A stretch of DNA of 64,000 nt from a virus (IMGVR_UViG_3300020046_005360), one strand, 5' to 3'. Shown: positions 29,851-40,506, numbered from the stretch's first letter. Program-made: numbers and translations. The notes: a model not told the origin generated them from the letters alone.

Positions 29851-32334
29851 TTATATTCTTCTATTTGATATAGCTAGTGGTGTTAATAATTCTTGAGAAA
29901 CTTTATTTCCATCTAAATTAACAGTCATCCCTTTTTTTAATTCCCCAGACATCACCCTAATTTCTGAAATTAATTGGTCTAATTTATTATTAAGTGATGA
30001 TGCTAAAGAAGAAACATTACCACCTTCTGATTTCTGTCCTCCCATTAAATCAGTTCCTGCTATAACACTATCATCTTTATTATTAAGTGATGATGCTAAA
30101 GAAGAAACATTACCACCTTCTGATTTCTGTCCTCCCATTAAATCAGTTCCTGCTATAACACTATCATCTTTATTTAATTGGATTGATCCTTTAGGACCTG
30201 ATAATATCATCCCCCCATCAGGACCTACCATACCATCATCCATTGATTTTAAATAACCATATGCCGCTGCCCCACCAGCTAAACCGATAGCAGTTGCTAT
30301 ACCTAATGTAGCAGCACTCATACCAGTCATTTGTGATACCGCTGTTGCTATTGCAACTCCTAAATTTTTAACCATTAATACACCCTGGGCAGCTAATGAT
30401 TTAATTGAACTCGCTTCAGCTGCTGCTCTTATGGTAGAATACATCGCAGATGCTTGTTGTAGTGTTTTAGCTATTCCTAAACTTATTACAACACTTCCTA
30501 TTAATGATTCCCAAATGGTTAACTGTTCTGTTGAACCGGTAAATAAACCAAATATTTTAGATACTGATTCTAATATGTATCGGAATGTTCCACTTATTGT
30601 TGTTAAAACTGGAAATAAGGTGTCAACTATTGGAGAAACTATACTCATTATAGGCCCAGCCATTGATACAAAAACTTCTTGTAGTTTTTCTGTTAAAGCT
30701 AAAAATCTTTCTTGGGTAGTAGTAGATTTTAATTGTCTTGCATATTCTTCTTTTCCTAATTTAACAATAGATGATAAACTACCTCCATGGTCAGTAAGAT
30801 ATTTAAGTTTTTTTCTATTTTCTTCATTATCTGTCATACCTAATTTAGAAAGAGCTTCTTGTTCCATCAACATATTACCCATCTCATCTCTAGACATACC
30901 CATTGCTTTAGCAATTGATTCTTGTTGCAAAACATTCATATCACCAAATGATGCCGATGTTATACCTTGTTTAGCTATTTCTTGGGATAAACCAGATATA
31001 TCATTTGTTAACGCATAATATCTTGCTCTTTCTAGGTTAAGAGATTTACCTGTCATTACTTCAGCTTCAAATTCAGAAGCAATAGAACTTTCTATATCAA
31101 GAAGTGAATTTTGTATTCCCTCTATTTCTTTTAATCCAAGTCCTATTTTTTTAACTTCGAAAGCAGCTTTCGCCAACTCAGCAGGATTCTTAGAAAATGT
31201 AATTAATGTTGCTTTAGAAATGTTTGAAATATCGTTTAATAACGCTTTTTCATTGATAGCTAAACCTTTTTTTAAATTTAAAGCTTTTACTTGACCTAAA
31301 TAAGTAGCAGCAATTTCCTTTTCAGGTTTACCAGTAATTAATCTTAGTTTGTATAATTGTTCAGCAGCTTCATTAGAATATCCTGCTTGTTTTGTTAATT
31401 CAGTATAGGTAGTTAACATTTCTCCATTCAATTGAGCACTAGTACCTAAGGAAGTATTTAAAGCGTTTTGAGCTTCTACTAATGATTTAGTAGTAATAAA
31501 AGTATTAGATGAAGTAGCAGCAACTTGAGTTAATTCTTGATTTATTTTAGAAGCTTGTTCATAAGAAATACCCATGGATTTGGCGGTTTCTCCTGTCATA
31601 GTATCAAAATTGGACATAGCTTTAACTATCATAGTTAATGCAGCCCCAAGTAATGCTATTGGTCCTAATGTTTTTGTAATATTTCCAAATAATTCCCCAG
31701 AAAATTTACTTATAATCTGAAATTTATTTTTATTACCTTCATTAGCTACTAACCATTCTTTAGTCTTAAATACAGCGCCATCAATATCTAATCTTTTAGA
31801 TAAACTCCCAAATCCTAATTTATCTAAGGACTTACTTATACCCTCAGCAATACTTGGTATCATACCCATTTTATCACCAATCATATTTGTAAGTCTTAAT
31901 TCTTCTTGTAGAGAATGTTCAATTTCTCTTCTAGAATCTATTTGAGATTCAAGACCACTAATCAAATCATCTATATGCTGTTTTTCAGGTCCATTTAATG
32001 CATTTGATTTTTTTCTTAATTCTAATAACTCAGTTATTAAACTTCTTTGAATATTTTTAGATTTTACTAAATCTTTTTCAATAGTTACTAATGGTCTTTC
32101 TAAATTATTTCTTTCTTTTAATTGATCTATTAATGATTTATTTAGATTAGATAAATCCCTATTTGCTTGATTAATTTTTAATAATTGTTCTCTACCTAAA
32201 GTATTTAACCCAAACGTTTTTTTAATTAAAGACATTTGTTCCCTTAATTCATCAGAATTCAATCTAGTTATCTCTAATTGAGATAATAAAACATCATTTT
32301 GGTCCTGTAAATCCTGTAATGTAAAATCGGCCAT
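29851..32334 (-). CDS. tape measure protein
   Basis: Long helical Ala/Leu-rich protein downstream of the tail chaperone. Confidence 0.8.
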   Translation of the reverse strand: MADFTLQDLQDQNDVLLSQLEITRLNSDELREQMSLIKKTFGLNTLGREQLLKINQANRDLSNLNKSLIDQLKERNNLERPLVTIEKDLVKSKNIQRSLITELLELRKKSNALNGPEKQHIDDLISGLESQIDSRREIEHSLQEELRLTNMIGDKMGMIPSIAEGISKSLDKLGFGSLSKRLDIDGAVFKTKEWLVANEGNKNKFQIISKFSGELFGNITKTLGPIALLGAALTMIVKAMSNFDTMTGETAKSMGISYEQASKINQELTQVAATSSNTFITTKSLVEAQNALNTSLGTSAQLNGEMLTTYTELTKQAGYSNEAAEQLYKLRLITGKPEKEIAATYLGQVKALNLKKGLAINEKALLNDISNISKATLITFSKNPAELAKAAFEVKKIGLGLKEIEGIQNSLLDIESSIASEFEAEVMTGKSLNLERARYYALTNDISGLSQEIAKQGITSASFGDMNVLQQESIAKAMGMSRDEMGNMLMEQEALSKLGMTDNEENRKKLKYLTDHGGSLSSIVKLGKEEYARQLKSTTTQERFLALTEKLQEVFVSMAGPIMSIVSPIVDTLFPVLTTISGTFRYILESVSKIFGLFTGSTEQLTIWESLIGSVVISLGIAKTLQQASAMYSTIRAAAEASSIKSLAAQGVLMVKNLGVAIATAVSQMTGMSAATLGIATAIGLAGGAAAYGYLKSMDDGMVGPDGGMILSGPKGSIQLNKDDSVIAGTDLMGGQKSEGGNVSSLASSLNNKDDSVIAGTDLMGGQKSEGGNVSSLASSLNNKLDQLISEIRVMSGELKKGMTVNLDGNKVSQELLTPLAISNRRI
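29983..30174. repeat. perfect 93-bp tandem duplication in the tape measure gene
   Basis: NKDDSVIAGTDLMGGQKSEGGNVSSLASSLN twice, identical DNA. Confidence 0.95.
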
Positions 32335-32368
32335 TTATTTATATTTTATATAAATATAAAAAAGACCT

Positions 32369-32648
32369 CTATTTTTTAGAGGTCTTTGAATTATATTGAT
32401 TCTGTGGTGGAACTGATGGTCTAGCTATTTTGTCGGTTTTAGTTGTATTTGAAATAACATTGTTTTGTTCTTCAACTTGTTCATTTTTCTTTCTATAAAA
32501 TTCTTCAATTTTTTTATAAGTAAAATTTCTTAACCAAACAGGCATATTATAAACTGTTTCCCAATCATATCCTCCATTTCCATGGAATATTATTTCGTGA
32601 ATTTGGGAAAATAGTTCTATTCTATATTGTTGATTCAGGCCAAAAAAA
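32369..32648 (-). CDS. frameshift extension of tail assembly chaperone (gpGT-like)
   Basis: Open +1 frame from the T7 run: FGLNQQYRIELFSQIHEIIFHGNGGYDWETVYNMPVWLRNF...KK*. Confidence 0.7.
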
Positions 32649-33386
32649 GTTTAGATTAATTGGAATAGGTGTGCCCTCCACTTCACCCTCTTCTCTATAA
32701 ATCAATTCAATGTCTGGAGATATTCTTTTAATTTCATTTCTTAATTCTTTACTATCTCTAGCTAATAAATTTTGATCTACAAATTCTCTAATGGTTTTTG
32801 TTTCTCTATCTCCATCAACTGAAGTAATAATAAATTTGAATCTTGTTGTTAATTCTGGTGCGGGTTTATTTGGGAATAGTTTTTTCAAACTTTCTATTTC
32901 TTTATCTATCTTTTTCTCATCGCCATGAGTTAATAATTTAAAAGTAATAGGAATTTTCATATAAGGTAAAACAAATGAAAATTCATTTTTACCCTTTTTA
33001 GATAAATAATCATCATTTAATACTTTATCTTCTAAAGTGGTTAAATCAATCGTTTTATCTGAATAGTTTCCATCAGAATCAAATGTTTTAAATGTATAAT
33101 TTTTACCATATCCCAAAATACGAGAAGCTATTAATATAGCATTTTTATCCCCTACTATTAAATCATTTATATCTATTTTTGATATAATAAGGGCTTCCAT
33201 TAGTTTATCTAAAACTGTTCCTTGTTTAATATAATTCTGGTTGGTAAGAATATCTTCTTCTGCAGCCGTCATATATTTCATCTCTATCTTTCCACTTGAT
33301 AGTGGATTATCTTCGGGATATATTAATCCACGAGATGGAAGATCAATCGTTTCTGTGGGTAATTTGAATTTTGGTTCTTGACTCAT
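32622..33386 (-). CDS. tail assembly chaperone / T4 gp26-like hub assembly protein
   Basis: LPSRG..Y, MTA.EEDIL, ends NFFWP; lies between tube and tape measure. Confidence 0.75.
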   Translation of the reverse strand: MSQEPKFKLPTETIDLPSRGLIYPEDNPLSSGKIEMKYMTAAEEDILTNQNYIKQGTVLDKLMEALIISKIDINDLIVGDKNAILIASRILGYGKNYTFKTFDSDGNYSDKTIDLTTLEDKVLNDDYLSKKGKNEFSFVLPYMKIPITFKLLTHGDEKKIDKEIESLKKLFPNKPAPELTTRFKFIITSVDGDRETKTIREFVDQNLLARDSKELRNEIKRISPDIELIYREEGEVEGTPIPINLNFFWPESTI

Positions 33387-33450
33387 AATTTAATTTTATT
33401 TTGTGTATATAAATATATAATAAGATAGAGAAACCTAACATTTCTGTTAA

Positions 33451-34293
33451 TTACTTACAGTTTTCTAATAATATTCTTTTTACTTCGAGTATGTTATTAT
33501 TTATATCTGATTCCCAGAATCTAAGTAGTTTATAATTATTATCCTTTAACCATTGTTCTTTTTCTTTATCTCGTATTAGATTTTTCTTTTGAGAATCATA
33601 TTTAGCTTCTGAATGTTTTGAGTTTGGATTACAGTGCCAAAAATCCCCATCTATTTCTATTACTATATTAAGTTCTGGTAAATAGAAATCATAAAATGCC
33701 TTAATTTCTTTAGCATATAATTTCATTGAGTATTTTATATCAAGTAAATCTAATATGTTTTGGAAGGTGGTTTCTAATTTTGAAGTGTAATATTTCTTTT
33801 TCCCAATATTACCAGTCTTCCATTTTTCTAATTGGATTTCTCTCATTTTATCTTTAGTTTCTTGAGAGTGAATTCTACCTTCACCAAATCCCTTAGGTTT
33901 GGGTTTAGCTACTCCTAACATTTTTTTAGAGATTTTTTTACCCATAGAAATATTATCTCGAGTATAAATCATATCTATTATGTGATTATATTCTCCAGAT
34001 GCAAACTTTTCTTTTCTAGTTTTGGAAGTTTTTGCAGCCTTCTTAGGATCTTTAAGATCACCCCAATGACCTTCGAGCCTTGATTGATGACCATGTTTAC
34101 ATTTACAGAAATCAGCAATAGATGCTTCATATCTTGTTTCTTCTCCACATCCACAAGCACAAGAAGGTTTAATTCCATTATATTTAACTTGAATTAAATA
34201 ATCAGGAAATTTGAGTTTATGGATAAATCCTGTATGTTTTGATAACTTTACTTGTTTATCAGTCTTAAAATTACATAGTTTACATTCTAACAT
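33451..34293 (-). CDS. homing endonuclease, Vsr/DUF559-like PD-(D/E)xK with NUMOD3
   Basis: CACGCG, HSQETKDKMR, YDFYLP, IEIDGDFWH, LLRFWE. Confidence 0.75.
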   Translation of the reverse strand: MLECKLCNFKTDKQVKLSKHTGFIHKLKFPDYLIQVKYNGIKPSCACGCGEETRYEASIADFCKCKHGHQSRLEGHWGDLKDPKKAAKTSKTRKEKFASGEYNHIIDMIYTRDNISMGKKISKKMLGVAKPKPKGFGEGRIHSQETKDKMREIQLEKWKTGNIGKKKYYTSKLETTFQNILDLLDIKYSMKLYAKEIKAFYDFYLPELNIVIEIDGDFWHCNPNSKHSEAKYDSQKKNLIRDKEKEQWLKDNNYKLLRFWESDINNNILEVKRILLENCK

Positions 34294-34296
34294 AAA

Positions 34297-34341
34297 AATT
34301 CCTTTCACTTATTATACATGTATAAATATATGAAAGGAATT
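34297..34341 (-). promoter_or_regulatory. translation-start-sequestering hairpin with late promoter in its loop
   Basis: AATTCCTTTCA...ATATTTATA...TGAAAGGAATT directly before the ATG. Confidence 0.65.
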
Positions 34342-34381
34342 CAAGATTGCGATTGATTATATAGTTTTTAACTATACTGCG

Positions 34382-34870
34382 CTAAAAATTAAGTATACAA
34401 TAATCCATTGCTAAAGTTAATTGAATTTCATTTGCTGCATCTCCTGTAGCCCAATCGAAATCACCGAATGTGGCTGTTTTAACGAAGGCACCTTTTATAA
34501 TCCATTCACTTACCACATCACCTACTGGTCCTAAGAAATTTAATGTGATATCTTTTTTATAGAAATCACTATATCCATCTCTACCTGTTACAGATTCGTG
34601 AGCTAAACGAGCCCATTCCATTACTGATTGTGCTCCTGATGGTGCAATTGGGTTGTAAAGTGAAATATTCATATCATTCCAGTTTACCTTACCTTTTATT
34701 TTGCGATAAACGTTGATATGATCTAATTTTATTTCTCCTGCATCAAAAGAAGGTGCTGTTACTTTTTTAATTAGGTATGATGGAATACCATCTATGTACA
34801 TGATATGTCTATTAGCTACGATTGGCTCGAAAGCTGTGAACATCATTTCACTATTATCTAATACTGCCAT
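34382..34870 (-). CDS. tail tube protein (gp19-like)
   Basis: GKVNW, EWARL, GRDGY..FYKK, EWIIKGAF; follows the sheath gene. Confidence 0.9.
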   Translation of the reverse strand: MAVLDNSEMMFTAFEPIVANRHIMYIDGIPSYLIKKVTAPSFDAGEIKLDHINVYRKIKGKVNWNDMNISLYNPIAPSGAQSVMEWARLAHESVTGRDGYSDFYKKDITLNFLGPVGDVVSEWIIKGAFVKTATFGDFDWATGDAANEIQLTLAMDYCILNF

Positions 34871-34988
34871 TTTATTATTTGATTTATTATTATAATTATA
34901 AATATAACTATTATTAAAGGAATTGGTTTATTTAAATTTTTTTATTATATTTATCAACGTAAAACGTTTGAACCTAAAATATATAACT

Positions 34989-36479
34989 ATGGCTAGACCA
35001 TCAAATCCTAAAGAAAACAGAACATGCCCCAATTGTTTAAATATATTTGAAGTGCAATCTTGGAAAGTAAAAATATATTGTGGGAGACAGTGTGCTCAAG
35101 AATATACCAAATCAAAAAATAGGGATTGGTTGGATAAAAGAGATATAACTAATATGGAAGTATATGGAGTTAAATCCCCATTAGAAAATAAACAAGTTCT
35201 CCAAAATTATAAAGATAGTATAATAAAGAAATATGGAGTTGAAAATCCTTTTTTGGTTAAAGAATTTAGAGATAAAGCAGATAATACTATTTTAGAAAAA
35301 TATGGATTTAGATATGCAAATCAAAATAAACATATAGCTCAAAAAATTTCAAATTCTATAAAGGGGAAAGAAAAGGATAGAACTAATTTTGTAGAGTTAA
35401 AGTGGGACAAGTTGGAGTTATTTTGTAAAGAAACAGATATAACTCCCCAGTTTGATAAACAATTTTTATTAGATAATAAAGTTGAAGAACAAATTAAATT
35501 TATATTTAAATGTAATAAATGTTCCAACATAATGAGTGTATCTTTAGATAATGGGTATTTACCTAGTTGTGTTTGTTCTAATTATAGAGGATATTCATTA
35601 ATTGAAGAAGAAATATCTAAATTCATAATAAATAATTATAAAAATGAGGTTAGACTTAAAGTCAGAGGAGTATTACCTAAAAATTTTGAAATTGATATAT
35701 TAATTGAAGATTTAAACTTAGGAATTGAAGTTAATGGAATATATTGGCATTCAGAAAGTATGGGTAAATATAGAGATTATCATTTATATAAAACAGAAAA
35801 ATGTTTGGATAAAGGAATACAATTATTACATATTTTTGATAATGAATGGTTATATAAAAAACCAATAATACAATCTATTATATTAAATAAATTAGGATTA
35901 ACCCCTAATAAAGTTTATGCAAGGAAATGTGAGATTAAAGAAGTATCTAATTCACATACTAAAGAATTTCTTTTGGAAAATCATAGACAAGGGTATTGTC
36001 CTTCTAAACACAATATAGGACTATATAATAATGATGAATTAGTTTCCATCATGACATTTGGAAAAAATAGATTTAAACAGGATGGAAAATTTGAGTTACT
36101 TAGATTTTGTAATAAATTAAATACTAATGTAATAGGGGGAGCTTCCAAATTATTAAAATATTTTAATATTATCATAAACACAAAAGGGACGGATATTATA
36201 TCATTCGCAGATAGAAGGTATTCGATTGGGGGTTTATATGAAAATATTGGATTTGAATTTGAATCATTTTCTAAACCATCATATTTTTATTGGAAAAACA
36301 CACATATATTAAATAGAATGTCTTGCCAAAAACATAAATTAGAAAAATTATTACCGTTATTTGATCCTAATTTATCAGAATATGAAAATATGAAACTAAA
36401 TAAATGGAATAGGGTGTGGGATTGTGGTAATTATAAATTTATATATAAGAATAAAAAAGACCTCAATAAGAGGTCTTAA
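34989..36479 (+). CDS. homing endonuclease-like protein (PD-(D/E)xK), inverted between sheath and tube
   Basis: KYGVENP repeats, EIDI, IEVNGIYWHS, ADRR, VWDCG; only long plus-strand gene. Confidence 0.75.
   Translation: MARPSNPKENRTCPNCLNIFEVQSWKVKIYCGRQCAQEYTKSKNRDWLDKRDITNMEVYGVKSPLENKQVLQNYKDSIIKKYGVENPFLVKEFRDKADNTILEKYGFRYANQNKHIAQKISNSIKGKEKDRTNFVELKWDKLELFCKETDITPQFDKQFLLDNKVEEQIKFIFKCNKCSNIMSVSLDNGYLPSCVCSNYRGYSLIEEEISKFIINNYKNEVRLKVRGVLPKNFEIDILIEDLNLGIEVNGIYWHSESMGKYRDYHLYKTEKCLDKGIQLLHIFDNEWLYKKPIIQSIILNKLGLTPNKVYARKCEIKEVSNSHTKEFLLENHRQGYCPSKHNIGLYNNDELVSIMTFGKNRFKQDGKFELLRFCNKLNTNVIGGASKLLKYFNIIINTKGTDIISFADRRYSIGGLYENIGFEFESFSKPSYFYWKNTHILNRMSCQKHKLEKLLPLFDPNLSEYENMKLNKWNRVWDCGNYKFIYKNKKDLNKRS
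36457..36477. terminator. terminator between convergent genes
   Basis: AAGACCTC-AATAA-GAGGTCTT with flanking A/T tract. Confidence 0.7.
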
Positions 36480-36496
36480 ATATATTTATTATTTTA

Positions 36497-38143
36497 TTAA
36501 AAACTTGCACCTGTAGGTGAAACATTAAAGTCTAATATAACAAACTCAACAGTTTTTGCAGGTTGAACCCAAATTTGACCTATTAATTGATTTCTATCAA
36601 TTGTATCACTAGTATTATTAGTATCATCCATTACTACTTTATAAGCATATAATCCCCCTTTTGATTGGATTGAATCTAGATAAGGTCTTACTTGAGATAA
36701 GAAACTATTTCTAGTTGCTATAGTATTATTTTCAAACACCAATGTGTTACCTATTTGACCAATATGACGTTTAAGTTCAATTAATAACCTTCTAACGTTA
36801 ATTCTATCTAGAGCTGATGGTTTGGATATTAATGTTTTTTGTCCATAAACTACATTACCTTGTCCTGGGAAAGTTGCTATTGGATTTACTTTACCTTGAT
36901 ATAAAGTGTCTCTATCAGAAGGTTTTAATTTTTTTTCAGTTTGTACTATAGAAATACCTCCTCTTTTAAAACCTGCTGGTGCGAACCATTCAGCTCCTAC
37001 AGCATCATTATATGCATATACAGAAGGAATTATTGTTGAAGGTGGGACCCATGTTAATTTTCCTGTATTTGGAGCATTTACTTGTACCCAAGGGTGATAA
37101 GCGGCAGAATAAGAATTATCTACTTCAGCTGCTTCAGCTACTGCTGATGATACACTTGCTCCTTTATCTGTAAGATCTATAATTGCTATTGCGTCTCCTC
37201 TATCTTGAACAACAGATGTTAATAATGTAACAGCGGCACTATGACTAGAATGAGTTAAACCTGGTGTTGTAATTACATCAAATTGGTATTCATCTTTATT
37301 TGATAGGATATTTATAGATGCAGTATAATCATTTGAACCTAAACCATATACAGAAGATAAATTTCCCGCTGCATTTCCAAAAGTTCCACTTGATACTGTT
37401 GGAATAGAACTTGTATATATTGATTTAGCTACTCCATTATTGTCAAAATAATTTAATGTAGGGTTATTTACTTGTTTTACTCTAATATATCTACTTTTAT
37501 TAGTATAATCCCCTGTTATATCTACATAACCTCCTATTATTGTGGATACTTGATCACCAATAACAGCTGAAATGTAATTTGGGGAATTTGGATCTAAAGA
37601 TAAGTTAGGCCAAGTTTCTAATATAGTTTTTGTAGTACTATTATCACTTCCTTGTCTAATTAATAAATTAAAAGTACCGTTTGCTGTATTTATTGAAGGA
37701 ATTTCCCATCTATAATTATCTTGTGTACCACTTACTAAGGCCCCATTAGTAGTTTCAGAACCTGAGCTATTCATTATTGCACCTGCTGATATAGTTTCTA
37801 ATACAAATGATGAACTTACAAGAGCATTCAATATAGGTGTTGATGTTGCTGGAGCAAAAGTTCCTGATACTACTCTAGTTACTAATAATGTATCACCTCC
37901 TTGTTGAAAATAATTATATGCTGATATAGATGTTAAATATTCATTTGTTGTTGAACCACTATCAAATGCTCCTCCAAATTTTGATATATAATCACTATAA
38001 GATGTTACTAATGTTGGAATATTTACTGGTCCTTTTACAGATGGACCAATTATAGCAGCACCTGCTGTTTGAGGTCCCTGTACTATTTGGGATGTATTGT
38101 TTTCTCTGGTTAACACACCAGGAGATAAAAGAGTTTCACTCAT
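36497..38143 (-). CDS. tail sheath protein (gp18-like)
   Basis: SPGV..RE, WFAPAG..RG, NPIATF, GQKTL, RINVRRL. Confidence 0.95.
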   Translation of the reverse strand: MSETLLSPGVLTRENNTSQIVQGPQTAGAAIIGPSVKGPVNIPTLVTSYSDYISKFGGAFDSGSTTNEYLTSISAYNYFQQGGDTLLVTRVVSGTFAPATSTPILNALVSSSFVLETISAGAIMNSSGSETTNGALVSGTQDNYRWEIPSINTANGTFNLLIRQGSDNSTTKTILETWPNLSLDPNSPNYISAVIGDQVSTIIGGYVDITGDYTNKSRYIRVKQVNNPTLNYFDNNGVAKSIYTSSIPTVSSGTFGNAAGNLSSVYGLGSNDYTASINILSNKDEYQFDVITTPGLTHSSHSAAVTLLTSVVQDRGDAIAIIDLTDKGASVSSAVAEAAEVDNSYSAAYHPWVQVNAPNTGKLTWVPPSTIIPSVYAYNDAVGAEWFAPAGFKRGGISIVQTEKKLKPSDRDTLYQGKVNPIATFPGQGNVVYGQKTLISKPSALDRINVRRLLIELKRHIGQIGNTLVFENNTIATRNSFLSQVRPYLDSIQSKGGLYAYKVVMDDTNNTSDTIDRNQLIGQIWVQPAKTVEFVILDFNVSPTGASF

Positions 38144-38196
38144 GTCGTTATATTATTTTAATTAGAATTTATTTATATATAAATATTAAAATATTT

Positions 38197-38334
38197 TTAT
38201 AAAATTAATATACTACCATCTATAACTACCTCAGTGTTGGATAAATTACCACTAAATGCTTTTAATATACGTAGGATTATAGGATCTTTAGTCCTCTTAT
38301 TTGGGGTGTCTATATAATCTAGTAAATTTTTCAT
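38197..38334 (-). CDS. 45-aa degenerate copy of the fibre N-terminal anchor domain
   Basis: IILRILKAFSGNLSNTEVVIDGSI vs HLLRIINALDGTAPNSEILVNGSV. Confidence 0.5.
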   Translation of the reverse strand: MKNLLDYIDTPNKRTKDPIILRILKAFSGNLSNTEVVIDGSILIL

Positions 38335-38350
38335 AATAAATGCTTATTAG

Positions 38351-39292
38351 TTATATTACTATCCTAACTTCTCCAGTAGCTGTTCTATATAAATCTTTTA
38401 CCACTAATCCTCCTGTTATTGCAGCAGCATTATTTGCATAAACTCTACTATCTAAATTAATATTTAGTATATCATCTAAGGTAGCTAAAATGTAGGTCGC
38501 CTCTCCAGCGGCTGGTTTATCTATAGGAAATTTAAAGAAAAGAGATTTAGCTGTAGTTAATTCTAAATTATCATTCATATTAGTTTGTACTGCCATGGTT
38601 ACTCCTGTAGCAGGCATGAATCCTGCTTTCATATACCTGCCATCATCTAAATCAATAGAAGCTCCTATAAAAGGAACTGGTATATTAATTAATGGTAGTA
38701 CTCCTGCCTTAAGTGTAGTTAATCCAGGATCCCATTCTTTATAAAAATCAAGAGTAGTTGAATTACCTTGTGTTAAAACACTTTGTAAATCCTGTGTTCC
38801 CCCTGTTGGTATATCATCTAATGTTGCTATAATGTGATCTCCTGATGGTTTATTTGGGGGAAATCTAAAAGTATTTCTATCTCCAATAGCTCTATCAGAT
38901 AAAATTAAAAGGTTTTGCCCCGTAGTATTGTTGTTTGTGCCCATTAAGTCTTCATCTATAGACCCTAAAGTTACAATACCAATAGAATTAACACAATTAA
39001 TACCTCCTGCGTATATTTCAGTACTTGCACCCTCTTCAATTACTCTTAATATAGTAGTTGATTCATTCCCACTATCTAATACACTTTGTAAATCTTGTGA
39101 ACCTCCTCCACTTCCTGTAGGTATATTAGTTAATTGAGAACCATCACCAATAAAATATGATGCAGTTACACTACCAGACACTTCTATATTAGTGTTGGGA
39201 TTAGTTCCATCTAAGGCATTTATTATACGTAATAAATGTTCAGATTTAATTTGTTGATGAGGAGCAATCCCCGATTTTGAAATTTTTGTCAT
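38351..39292 (-). CDS. fibre/decoration-like virion protein
   Basis: N-terminus shared with 41441..43771; QDLQSVL and ATLDDI repeats. Confidence 0.6.
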   Translation of the reverse strand: MTKISKSGIAPHQQIKSEHLLRIINALDGTNPNTNIEVSGSVTASYFIGDGSQLTNIPTGSGGGSQDLQSVLDSGNESTTILRVIEEGASTEIYAGGINCVNSIGIVTLGSIDEDLMGTNNNTTGQNLLILSDRAIGDRNTFRFPPNKPSGDHIIATLDDIPTGGTQDLQSVLTQGNSTTLDFYKEWDPGLTTLKAGVLPLINIPVPFIGASIDLDDGRYMKAGFMPATGVTMAVQTNMNDNLELTTAKSLFFKFPIDKPAAGEATYILATLDDILNINLDSRVYANNAAAITGGLVVKDLYRTATGEVRIVI

Positions 39293-39294
39293 TT

Positions 39295-39513
39295 TTATTC
39301 TTCGTATTTATAATTATTATCATATGTTCCACAACTATCATAACTAATTATTTTTGGTATTAATGTATTACAACTATCTATATTAATACTAATATTAATA
39401 TTTTGTCTACTACATGAATAAATAACATATTCGTTAACTTGTTCTTCTAAAGGTAATACACTTATATAATTCAGATTTCGGAATTCATCCCAAGATAATT
39501 TAGATACACACAT
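39295..39513 (-). CDS. hypothetical protein
   Basis: ORF following a late-type promoter. Confidence 0.4.
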   Translation of the reverse strand: MCVSKLSWDEFRNLNYISVLPLEEQVNEYVIYSCSRQNINISINIDSCNTLIPKIISYDSCGTYDNNYKYEE

Positions 39514-39535
39514 ATTTTAAAATTTATTATAAATA

Positions 39536-39772
39536 TTAATAACTACCGTCTTCTATATTAATATTTAGGTTATCTCCATATTTCTTTATTAAGAATTCCT
39601 TTAAAGTTTTTTCCTCATCTTGTAATTCTATTAATTTAGATTCAACTTTGATTTTTTGTTTTTTTAACATTATTTCCCCATAAGATATATCTCCCAATTC
39701 TACTATTATATCTTGAGATTTATTTTGAATATCTTTTAATTGTTCTAATTCTTGTTGTTCTATTTTTTTCAT
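39536..39772 (-). CDS. small coiled-coil protein
   Basis: ELG...KYG..NINIEDG. Confidence 0.55.
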   Translation of the reverse strand: MKKIEQQELEQLKDIQNKSQDIIVELGDISYGEIMLKKQKIKVESKLIELQDEEKTLKEFLIKKYGDNLNINIEDGSY

Positions 39773-39774
39773 AA

Positions 39775-40155
39775 TTATATGTTATTATTTATTGAATTAA
39801 GACAATGTCCTCCTCTAAACCAATATGGAATATCTATAATATACAAAACTATTATTAATATCCACCCTACTATTGATAGAGTTTTATCTCTTTGATTTTT
39901 TCCTAAAGCAGAACTTATTGTTTCTTCTCTATTCCCGAAATGATATCCCCCTTTAATCTTGAATATTACATTCCATAATGTTTTAAATTTCCAATTAGCA
40001 TACTTATCTATATCTTCTGCTCCTTCAAAAAAGTAATCATTTGTGGTTTGGAGAAAGTCTTTAGTTCTTATATTTTTATATATTACAACTAAAAGATCTA
40101 ATATAGTTATAGGTAAAAATAAAATTGTACCTATTATATATAAAATAAATCCCAT
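39775..40155 (-). CDS. membrane protein
   Basis: TM helices; FGN.EETISSALGKN...HC motif. Confidence 0.6.
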   Translation of the reverse strand: MGFILYIIGTILFLPITILDLLVVIYKNIRTKDFLQTTNDYFFEGAEDIDKYANWKFKTLWNVIFKIKGGYHFGNREETISSALGKNQRDKTLSIVGWILIIVLYIIDIPYWFRGGHCLNSINNNI

Positions 40156-40506
40156 CTATTCCCAATCATTATAAGTTGTACCATAATTTTCACCATTTTC
40201 CAACATTAATTGAATATCTGTAAATTCTTCTAATCTTTGATTTAGAGCATTTTTTAGACTTGTTGTATCTAAAGGTTGTAAAGATAACTCAACATTGTCT
40301 ATTTGTTCCCATGATAAATTTATATTAAATCTATCTAATAATACAACGCTTTCATTATCATTTATATAATAGTAATACCCATTTACGTTTACATTACTTT
40401 CATTAAAATATATATCTTCTACTTTTAGATATATGATATAATTTCCTATTAATTTATTTCTTTTATCTAATATAGGAAATGTATTTTTGGTTTGTTTTTG
40501 AATCAT
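40156..40506 (-). CDS. hypothetical protein (possible fibre chaperone)
   Basis: Position after fibre-like genes. Confidence 0.4.
   Translation of the reverse strand: MIQKQTKNTFPILDKRNKLIGNYIIYLKVEDIYFNESNVNVNGYYYYINDNESVVLLDRFNINLSWEQIDNVELSLQPLDTTSLKNALNQRLEEFTDIQLMLENGENYGTTYNDWE

Noticed and set aside
30431-31018. 195-aa plus-strand ORF and other short plus-strand ORFs in the track
   Set aside because: They are antisense shadows of well-supported minus-strand genes and show no motifs.
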